Origin: Gammaproteobacteria bacterium
Lineage (GTDB): Bacteria; Pseudomonadota; Gammaproteobacteria; QNFN01
Direction of reading: 5' to 3'
Length of the DNA stretch: 39,686 nucleotides
Assembly: GCA_009937385.1 (NCBI GenBank)
Contig: JAACFL010000021.1
Location: 1-39,686, forward strand
Position 1 is the first letter of the stretch, and each line of letters opens with the position of its first letter. The notes under the pieces were generated by a model, which saw nothing but the letters and a program-made list of their open reading frames with translations, was not told the DNA's origin and searched no databases. The position numbers were made by a program, and so were the translations under genes. Positions 31,136-39,686 of the stretch are shown here, piece after piece.

Positions 31136-32413
31136 ATGACACGGAGCGTCCACAATCGACCCTGCATGGTGATCGGCTGGCTGGTCGGACTGCTGCTGCT
31201 CGCCGTGGGCTCGGCACCCGCCGCGCCCACCTGGGTCGACCACGAGGGTGCCGACGCGCCGCGTGTCCACCTGCACTTCTTCTGGACGCAGGCCTGCGTC
31301 CACTGCCAGCGCGCCCTGCCCTTCGTGCGCGGCCTGGCACGGGAGCTCCCCTGGCTGGTGCTGCACGAGGGCCAGCTCGGCGCCGACCCGTCCGCGGCAC
31401 GTCGCTACGTCACCCTCGCCGCCGGGCTCGGCGAGCAGGCCCGCTCGGTGCCGGCGTTTATCGCCTGCGGCGAATTGCGCACCGGCTACGACGACGATGC
31501 GACCACGGGCGCGATGCTGAAGGCATGGCTCGAGGCGTGTCGCGAGGCGAACGACAGCAACGGGCAGACGGCTGCCGGCGAACCGGCTGCGCGCGGGGAC
31601 CTGCCACTGCTCGACGATGTCGAGATCGACGCACTGCCGCTGCCGGTGCTGACCCTGCTGCTCGCCGCGCTCGACGCCTTCAACCCGTGCGCCTTCTTCG
31701 TGCTGCTGGTGCTGCTCAGCCTGATGGTCCACTCCGGAAGCCGCGCCCGCATGCTGCTGGTCGGTGGCACCTTCGTGCTCTTCTCCGGGGGACTCTACTT
31801 CCTGTTCATGGCCGCGTGGCTGAACCTGTTCCTGGTGCTCGGAAGCCAGCGCTTCGTCACGCTCGCCGCGGGTGCGGTGGCACTGCTGTTCGGCCTGGTC
31901 AACACCCGCGACGCGCTACGCGATAACGGCGGTGCAACGCTGGCGATCCCGGAGCATGCCAAGCCGGGGCTCTACCGCCGGGTGCGCGCCCTGGTCGGCA
32001 CCGGCGCCCTGCCCGCGATGCTCGGTGGCACGGTGCTGCTGGCACTGGCAGCGAACAGCTACGAGCTGCTCTGCACCGCCGGTTTCCCGATGGTCTACAC
32101 CCGGCTGCTGACCCTGCACGATCTGGCCCCGGGCATGCACTACGCCTACCTCGCGCTCTACAACGTCATCTACGTGCTGCCGCTGCTGGGGATCGTGGTG
32201 CTGGTCGCGACCACCCTGGGCGCAAAACGGCTGAACACGCTCCAGGGACGCCGGCTCAAGCTGCTCTCGGGGCTGATGATGCTCGGACTCGGCGCGATCC
32301 TGCTGCTGGAACCGGCGTGGCTCGCCCAGCCACTGGTCGGCGCTGGACTGGTCGCCGGCGCACTGCTCGCGACCGGCCTGGCGATCCGCGGCAAGAAGCA
32401 GCAAGCGACCTGA
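31136..32413 (+). CDS. thioredoxin-fold domain fused to a CcdA/DsbD-like transmembrane thiol-disulfide transporter domain
   Basis: A signal/TM segment is followed by a periplasmic CxxC (WTQACVHCQ). A polytopic domain then carries LDAFNPCAFFVL and ELLCTAGFP, which resemble the two conserved Cys-containing helices of the DsbD/CcdA family. Confidence 0.65.
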   Translation: MTRSVHNRPCMVIGWLVGLLLLAVGSAPAAPTWVDHEGADAPRVHLHFFWTQACVHCQRALPFVRGLARELPWLVLHEGQLGADPSAARRYVTLAAGLGEQARSVPAFIACGELRTGYDDDATTGAMLKAWLEACREANDSNGQTAAGEPAARGDLPLLDDVEIDALPLPVLTLLLAALDAFNPCAFFVLLVLLSLMVHSGSRARMLLVGGTFVLFSGGLYFLFMAAWLNLFLVLGSQRFVTLAAGAVALLFGLVNTRDALRDNGGATLAIPEHAKPGLYRRVRALVGTGALPAMLGGTVLLALAANSYELLCTAGFPMVYTRLLTLHDLAPGMHYAYLALYNVIYVLPLLGIVVLVATTLGAKRLNTLQGRRLKLLSGLMMLGLGAILLLEPAWLAQPLVGAGLVAGALLATGLAIRGKKQQAT

Positions 32414-32521
32414 CATCGCACTCCCGGCGGCTCGGATTGTGCAATGCACTATCAAATGGAATAAAATGGTCCGCAACGCACGTCATCAGAACGTGCGGCA
32501 CATGCGACAGGGGATTCTGCC

Positions 32522-33474
32522 ATGCCGAGCGACCATGCCAAGCCACGCAGGCGCGTCGTGCTTGGTGTCGCGGTACTGCTTGCCGTGGCCGTGGTGCTGG
32601 TCGCCGCCCAGCGCATCGACGCCCTGCTGCGTGACTCGACCGTCGCCACCAACCAGGCCTACCTGAAGGTGGCGGTCGAGGACCGTCACGTGGTCATCGA
32701 GCAGTTCCTCGAAGAGCGCCTCAACATGCTGAAGGTGCTGGCGCGCGCGCCGGGCAACGCCCAATCGCTGGCCGCGGGCCAGGTCACGCCGCTGTTCGTC
32801 GAACTGTCCGCGGTCTATGCCGATTACCTGTCGTTCTCGGTCTACACCCAGAACGGCCAGCTGCTCGGACTCGCCGGCGAGGAGGCGATCGACAGCGACA
32901 CCGTGATCGACCAGGAGTGGTTCGCCACCACGCTCGACCTCGGAGAGTACGTCAGCCCCCTCTACCTCGGGCCCAACCAGATCCCGACGCTGGCCATGGC
33001 GGTGCGTGCGACGACCGAGGCCGGCGGCCTGGTGATGCGCGCCACCCTGTCACTGGCCACCCTCAACGCCCATCTCGCGGAGATGGTGGCCGGCGAGAGC
33101 GGCGGCACCTACATGGTCGACCCGATCTCCGGCAGCTACCTGTCGCACCCCTACTTCGGTGGCAGGCCGCTGCAGGAGCGCAGCCCCCGCTTCAGCTGGG
33201 GCGAGAAGCACTTCCACGTCGACTACGACGAGCACGGCATCGAAGAAGTCGACGCCTCGCTCGCCATACGCGCCGACGGCACGCCGGTCATCGAGGCGCA
33301 CTGCTGCACCCGCCAGGGGAACTGGCTGGTGGTCGTCGAACGCGAACTCGATGAACTCCTGTCGGCCGACCGCGCGCTGCGCAACCGGCTGAGCGCGACC
33401 TTTGCCATCGCCCTGCTGGTGCTCGGCGTGATCGCAGCCGCCGCCTGGCGCCTGGCACGAGACCCGGAGCGCAC

Positions 33475-33478
<4 letters not shown>
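32522..33478 (+). CDS. membrane-anchored periplasmic Cache-like sensor domain protein without an output domain
   Basis: 318 aa with a TM helix at each end and roughly 250 aa of mixed alpha/beta periplasmic region between them (Cache-like by eye). Its stop overlaps the GTG start of the downstream kinase (GTGA). Confidence 0.6.
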
Positions 33479-36039
<2,561 letters not shown>

Positions 36040-36122
36040 AAATGCTGGCCATGACGTCGTTCGACGCCCGCCCGCCCATTCCTTGACACTGCCTGACCGG
36101 GCCCGGGATAATGCCCGGCCTC

Positions 36123-36199
36123 GCGCCCGTAGCTCAGCTGGATAGAGTACCTGGCTACGAACCAGGTGGTCGGAGGTTCGAATCCTTCCGGGCGCGCCA
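36123..36199 (+). tRNA. tRNA-Arg (anticodon ACG)
   Basis: Acceptor stem GCGCCCG/CGGGCGC, D-arm AGCTCAGCTGGATAGAGT, anticodon loop CTACGAA, T-arm GGAGGTTCGAATCCTTC, encoded CCA. Confidence 0.95.
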
Positions 36200-36209
36200 T
36201 GCAACGGAT

Positions 36210-36239
36210 AAGGGGTCGCCATCAGGCGGCCCCTTTTTC
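36210..36239 (+). terminator. rho-independent terminator after tRNA-Arg
   Basis: 11-bp stem aaggggtcgcc / ggcggcccctt (one G-U pair), loop ATCA, T-rich tail. Confidence 0.75.
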
Positions 36240-36252
36240 GTTGCCATCACCC

Positions 36253-36498
36253 GTGAGATTCGAACCTCCGACATCAGACAGACCAGGTTTGACCAGCGCC
36301 GAAGGCGCGCAGGTCGACCGCAGGTCGACTCTCCTTCCGGGCGCGCCATACGAAGCCAAAGAGGTCACCACAGGTGGCCTCTTTTGCTTTGTTCGATACC
36401 CAGAGGGATTCGAACCTCCGACATCAGACAGACCAGGTTCGACCAGCGCCGGAGGCGCGCAGGTCGACCGCACGTCGACGCTCCTTCCGGGCGCGCCC
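36253..36498 (+). repeat. two tandem roughly 150-bp tRNA-Arg-derived modules
   Basis: The cores 36253-36348 and 36403-36498 are about 90 percent identical by eye. Each starts with the reverse complement of the tRNA-Arg T-arm (ggattcgaacctccgac) and ends with a direct copy of the tRNA 3' end. tccttccgggcgcgcca occurs at 36183-36199 and 36332-36348; a 16-nt copy lies at 36482-36497. Confidence 0.85.
36358..36393 (+). terminator. terminator-like hairpin after the first tRNA-derived module
   Basis: 12-bp stem aaagaggtcacc / ggtggcctcttt (one G-U pair) followed by TTGCTTTGTT. It sits in the same relative position as the terminator after the true tRNA-Arg. Confidence 0.6.
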
Positions 36499-36618
36499 CA
36501 ACTGCCCTGGAACCGGCAGCCTGCAAAACGCACCCGGCCCCTCTCGCTACCCTTCGCAGGACGGGCTTCAGCCCGACACCCCATCCCCACAGCTCAACGA
36601 ATCGCGGTCATGCCGCCG

Positions 36619-36636
36619 TGTCAGCTTTCGCTTACA
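36619..36636. promoter_or_regulatory. GacA/UvrY-box-like palindrome TGTCAG-N6-CTTACA
   Basis: It matches the published consensus TGTAAG-N6-CTTACA at 11 of 12 specified positions and lies 76 bp upstream of the first small ORF. Confidence 0.45.
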
Positions 36637-36711
36637 AGGATTTCATCCCACGCCGATGGCTGCCCCATCGTCGCTGGCGCACAATTCGATACAGACCAAC
36701 GGTGTGCGGCG

Positions 36712-36975
36712 ATGGGTACCAGCCTCAGCGACTACGTAAACATGAGCGACCAGGCGCTCACCGCCTACCTGTTCGGGCTTGCAGTCGGCTGCCCACTCGG
36801 ACTCGCGAAACACGAGTGCCCGCTGCTCGAACTGCAGCAGGAGAACCTGACGAAGGTCTATGATCATCTGGTGAGCCTCGATCGCGAAACGAAACTGCGT
36901 CTCGCCGCGCGCCACTACGGCTGCGCGGAATGGAAGGAAGGCCGGCTGCCCGCGTTCGCGACGGGACCGGGCTGA
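36712..36975 (+). CDS. hypothetical small Cys-Pro motif protein (paralog 1)
   Basis: 87 aa with GC3-biased codons. It shares the pattern Y-x2-M-x4-L-x-A-x-LFGL-x-V-x-CP-x-G-x4/5-CPL...KLRL-x-AR-x3-C with the next ORF. No family recognised. Confidence 0.6.
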   Translation: MGTSLSDYVNMSDQALTAYLFGLAVGCPLGLAKHECPLLELQQENLTKVYDHLVSLDRETKLRLAARHYGCAEWKEGRLPAFATGPG

Positions 36976-37000
36976 GCCCCTCGACATAAGGACGGACAGG

Positions 37001-37258
37001 ATGTCTGTTTGCCGCCTCGCCAACTACCGGCACATGGATGAGAACCAGCTCGATGCGATGCTGTTCGGGCTGTCGGTGGAGTGCCCTTTCGGCTGCAAGG
37101 GCGATTGCCCGCTGACCCCGCTGCGCAGCAAACCGCTGCGCGAACGCTTCCGGGAAATCAGTTCGATGAGCCACCCCGGCAAGTTGCGCCTGATGGCGCG
37201 GCTCGTGGCCTGCTACCAAAACTTCGAGGCGCAGAATATGGCACTGCAAAATACGTAG
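37001..37258 (+). CDS. hypothetical small Cys-Pro motif protein (paralog 2)
   Basis: 85 aa with GC3-biased codons, about one third identical to the upstream ORF by eye. The start region AAGGACGGACAGGATG carries three GGA motifs. Confidence 0.65.
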   Translation: MSVCRLANYRHMDENQLDAMLFGLSVECPFGCKGDCPLTPLRSKPLRERFREISSMSHPGKLRLMARLVACYQNFEAQNMALQNT

Positions 37259-37267
37259 ATTTACGAA

Positions 37268-37296
37268 TTGGCGCGCTGCAGCATCGAAGGTAGTAT
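37268..37296 (+). promoter_or_regulatory. candidate sigma70 promoter (TTGGCG-17-TAGTAT)
   Basis: The hexamers and 17-nt spacer were read directly. It lies immediately downstream of the paralog 2 stop codon and upstream of the GGA-hairpin region. Confidence 0.4.
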
Positions 37297-37302
37297 CGAG
37301 TA

Positions 37303-37382
37303 CAAGGTAAGGATACGCGGAACCCCGACAGGACGTCGGCACACAGGGAATAGCCCGGCAAGGATGCCGGGCTTCGTGTTTC
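37303..37382 (+). ncRNA. short RsmY/RsmZ-like GGA-hairpin sRNA candidate (or GGA-rich 3' UTR of the small-ORF transcript)
   Basis: Five GGA motifs occur in about 80 nt. Hairpin ccgac-AGGAC-gtcgg spans 37325-37339. Terminal hairpin agcccggc-AAGGAT-gccgggct spans 37352-37373 and is followed by TCGTGTTTCT. Confidence 0.5.
37352..37382 (+). terminator. terminator-like hairpin with an AAGGAU loop
   Basis: 8-bp stem with a U-rich but interrupted tail. Confidence 0.5.
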
Positions 37383-37452
37383 TGGCTCCCTGCGCATCTT
37401 CACGACCGCCCCCTCGCTGCTAAGCTCCCGGCAGGTCCTGCCCGAGCCGGCG

Positions 37453-38229
37453 ATGCCCGAATTCACCACCCTGCCCGTCGCGCTGCTGTTCCTGGCCTGT
37501 GCGATCGTGTTCCTGGCCGGCCTGGTGCACGGCACGCTCGGCTTCGGCTTCCCGATGGTCGCCACGCCGCTGCTGGCGCTGGTCACCGACGTGTACAGCG
37601 CGATCCTGCTGACACTGCTGCCGACCATCGCGGTCAACGTCCCGAGCATCCTGCACGGCGGTCGCTGGCGGGAAAGCCTCGGTGCCCACTGGCCACTCGT
37701 GCCCTACATCCTGCTCGGCACGGTGCTCGGCACGCAGGTGCTGATGGTGACCGACCCGAGTCCGTTCCGCCTGCTGCTCGCCGGCATGATCGTGCTTTAC
37801 CTGATGCCACGCCGGCCCGGCGGCCAGCGCCTCGAGCGGCTCGCCCGGCATCGACAGCTCGGCTACCTCGCGTTCGGGCTCGCGGCCGGGTTCTCGGCCG
37901 GGACGGTCAACGTCATGGTGCCGCTGCTGGTGATCTTCACGCTCGAACTCGGCCTCGCCGCGACCGCGATGGTGCAGCTGTTCAACCTCTGCTTCATGAG
38001 CGGCAAGGTCGCGCAGCTCGCCACGTTCGGTGTGGCGGGGATCATCGACAGCTCGCTGGTGGTCGGCACGCTGCCGCTGGTCGCCGCCGCGGCCCTCGCG
38101 CTGTGGCTCGGCATGCGCCTGCGCACGCGCATCGACGCCGCCACCTACCGCCGCCTGCTGCGCCACGCACTGGCCGTGGTCGCGGTGCTGCTGTGCGGGC
38201 AGTTCCTGGCCGACCTGTTCCTGGCCTGA
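37453..38229 (+). CDS. TauE/SafE (TSUP, DUF81) family anion permease
   Basis: 258-aa polytopic membrane protein with the GTLGFGFPMVATPLL motif in TM1 and an internal duplication (FSAGTVNVMVPLL). Confidence 0.8.
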   Translation: MPEFTTLPVALLFLACAIVFLAGLVHGTLGFGFPMVATPLLALVTDVYSAILLTLLPTIAVNVPSILHGGRWRESLGAHWPLVPYILLGTVLGTQVLMVTDPSPFRLLLAGMIVLYLMPRRPGGQRLERLARHRQLGYLAFGLAAGFSAGTVNVMVPLLVIFTLELGLAATAMVQLFNLCFMSGKVAQLATFGVAGIIDSSLVVGTLPLVAAAALALWLGMRLRTRIDAATYRRLLRHALAVVAVLLCGQFLADLFLA

Positions 38230-38233
38230 TCCG

Positions 38234-38707
38234 CTAGCGGTCGGTTCCCGCGACCCCGCGCAGGATGTCGAGCACCACCCCGGTGGCGGCCTCGACCAGC
38301 ACGACGTCGGAGTCGACGATCACCCGCTCGGTGCCGTCGTCGCGCTTCGGCAGGCGCCGGGTGAGGTCGGCGGGCAGGTCGCGCTTGGCGAGCCCCGGGG
38401 GCAGCGTGCCGTTCTTCTCCAGCTGCCTCTCCAGGCCGGGCGGCAGACTGTCGCGCTTGGCCAGGCCCTTGGGCATCTTCTTCGATTTGCCACCCTTGCC
38501 GCTCTTTGCTTCTTTCGCTTCCTTCGCCTCGCCGGATTCTTCATCGGTCGTGGCCGGCCGGCCGAAGAACTCCTCGATCACGCTCTTCTCCGCGGCGGTG
38601 AACGCCGCGGTGGCGACCCGCTCGGCAAGGTTCGCCTCTTCGCTCTTCGCCGCGGCAAGCGCGCCGGCAGGCAGGCCCAGGACGAGCAGCAGGATCAGGT
38701 AGCGCAT
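38234..38707 (-). CDS. secreted protein with LPPGLxKR repeats (RcnB/CigR-like)
   Basis: It has a signal peptide (MRYLILLLVLGLPAGALAA), a Lys/Glu-rich linker, LPPGLERQL and LPPGLAKRDLP repeats and a C-terminal VVLVEAATGVVLDIL. The family call is from memory. Confidence 0.6.
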   Translation of the reverse strand: MRYLILLLVLGLPAGALAAAKSEEANLAERVATAAFTAAEKSVIEEFFGRPATTDEESGEAKEAKEAKSGKGGKSKKMPKGLAKRDSLPPGLERQLEKNGTLPPGLAKRDLPADLTRRLPKRDDGTERVIVDSDVVLVEAATGVVLDILRGVAGTDR

Positions 38708-38824
38708 GCGGTTTCCCTCGTGGTCCGTGATGCCCCAAGTCTACCCGGGCGGCTCCGTCCGGGCGAACGGTGCGGCTTCCGGCCTCGGTTAGAATGCCCG
38801 GCACTCAAGCCACCGGATCGCGCC

Positions 38825-39439
38825 ATGTACTTCGACTTCGCCGAGTTCTCGCCGAACCAGGCCTACTTCACCATGACCCAGACCCTCGTGCCGCGCCCGA
38901 TCGCCTGGGTGCTGACGGAGAACGCCGCCGGCGACTACAACCTGGCGCCGTTCTCCTACTTCAACGCGGTGTGCAGCGATCCGCCACTGGTGATGCTGTC
39001 GATCGGCCGCAAGCCGGATGGCAGCCCCAAGGACACGCGCGTCAACATCGAGCAGCGCGGTCACTTCGTGGCCCATATCGCCCACCGCGAGCAGGCGAAG
39101 CCGATGACCGAGAGCTCGGCGACGCTGGACTACGGCGATTCGGAGCTGGCACGCCTCGGACTCGACACCGTGCCGTTCCAGGGCTTCGGGCTGCCGCGAC
39201 TCGCCGACTGCCGCGTCGCGTTCGCCTGCGAGCGCTACGAGATCCGCGAGATCGGCAACGCCCGGCAGACGCTGCTGCTCGGCCTGGTCAAGTCGGTCTA
39301 CGTCGACGACGCCGCGGTGACCACCGACGCCAAGGGGCGCACCAAGATCGACGCCGCGCGCATCGATCCGCTCGGCCGCCTCGGTGGCGGCGAGTACTCG
39401 ACCATGGAGGGGGTGGTCACGGTGCCGCGCCCCGCCTGA
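38825..39439 (+). CDS. flavin reductase family protein (FMN-binding split barrel)
   Basis: The ATG at 38825 gives 204 aa. It contains ...TLVPRPIAWVLTENAAGDYNLAPFSYFNAVCSDPPLVMLSIG...KDTRVNIEQRGHFVAHI..., typical of this family. Confidence 0.8.
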   Translation: MYFDFAEFSPNQAYFTMTQTLVPRPIAWVLTENAAGDYNLAPFSYFNAVCSDPPLVMLSIGRKPDGSPKDTRVNIEQRGHFVAHIAHREQAKPMTESSATLDYGDSELARLGLDTVPFQGFGLPRLADCRVAFACERYEIREIGNARQTLLLGLVKSVYVDDAAVTTDAKGRTKIDAARIDPLGRLGGGEYSTMEGVVTVPRPA

Positions 39440-39456
39440 GGCACGGGCATCCGCCG

Positions 39457-39686
39457 CTACAGCCGCTCGACGCGGCGACCATGCAGGGGCGAGAAGTAGC
39501 GCACGTCGGCGGGTGCGTGCGCGAACACCGATGACAGGGCGATCACCGCCACGAGCAACCACGGCATCGCCTCGGGCAGGTACGCCGCCAGTGCCAGCAG
39601 GCCCAGCTTGACGACCACCGCCAGGCCGCGCAGCTGCAGCAGCCACAGGCAGGTCGAGGCGAGCTCCAGCACCACCATCGCCAGGC
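39457..39686 (-). CDS. hypothetical membrane protein, possibly 5'-truncated by the window end
   Basis: The frame encodes hydrophobic helices (LELASTCLWLLQLRGLAVVVKLGLLALAAYL...) and stays open to the window edge. An ATG at 39678 is also possible. Confidence 0.35.
   Translation of the reverse strand, partial: LAMVVLELASTCLWLLQLRGLAVVVKLGLLALAAYLPEAMPWLLVAVIALSSVFAHAPADVRYFSPLHGRRVERL

Noticed and set aside
36183-36498. Regularly spaced repeats as a possible CRISPR array.
   Set aside because: The period is about 150 bp with only three copies of a 16-17-nt motif. The so-called spacers are themselves homologous to each other, and no cas genes are present.
36111-36711. Upstream parts of plus-strand ORFs 36111..36863 and 36166..36975, plus minus-strand ORFs 35544..36200, 36155..36349 and 36222..36590.
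   Set aside because: They translate straight through tRNA-Arg and its derived repeats. The duplicated peptide FEPPTSDRPG...LLPGAP simply mirrors the DNA repeat. Only the last 87 codons of 36166..36975 look like a real gene.

Overview
This 39.7-kb window looks like a high-GC gammaproteobacterial chromosome; the organism cannot be named from the sequence alone.

Gene content:
- The first 22.5 kb is mostly housekeeping synteny. In order: the 3' end of a GlgP-like phosphorylase, a TrpB2-like gene, a frame-disrupted CorC/HlyC-type transporter, a YpjD-like membrane protein, a class II cNMP phosphodiesterase, ffh, rpsP-rimM-trmD-rplS, a secreted Ala-rich protein and ogt-xerD. A low-GC islet (structured sRNA candidate plus hicAB) follows. 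Then come mutS and pncC-thpR-recA-recX-alaS (frame-disrupted)-lysC-csrA-tRNA-Ser(GCU).
- A 13.6-kb block then separates tRNA-Ser from tRNA-Arg(ACG). It holds a lower-GC orphan TpsA/FhaB-like exoprotein (1565 aa), a frame-disrupted CmcJ/NvfI-like gene, a small membrane protein, fpr and hsp20. It also holds a thioredoxin-DsbD-like fusion and a stand-alone Cache protein translationally coupled to a large sensor histidine kinase.
- Downstream of tRNA-Arg lie two 150-bp tRNA-derived tandem modules, a GacA/UvrY-box-like palindrome, two paralogous small Cys-Pro proteins and a short GGA-hairpin sRNA candidate. A TauE/SafE permease, an RcnB/CigR-like periplasmic protein, a flavin reductase and a partial membrane protein follow.

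Main hunt results:
1. A roughly 235-nt multi-hairpin GGA-loop RNA between xerD and hicA looks like a CsrB/RsmZ-class CsrA sponge.
2. A second Csr-linked locus at 36.6-37.4 kb combines a GacA-like box, two unknown paralogous small proteins (the second with GGA motifs over its start codon) and a short GGA-hairpin RNA.
3. A family of tRNA-derived modules sits behind both tRNA genes.
4. Three genes, including essential alaS, are frame-disrupted. Each spans a length equal to 2 mod 3. alaS and the CorC-like gene also appear to lack a short conserved segment at the junction.

I saw no CRISPR array, integrase, transposase or recognisable phage-defence operon. I cannot claim a complete new multi-gene system with confidence. 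The Csr-linked locus and the tRNA-derived modules are the best candidates for undescribed biology.

All family assignments come from reading motifs by eye; no searches were run.
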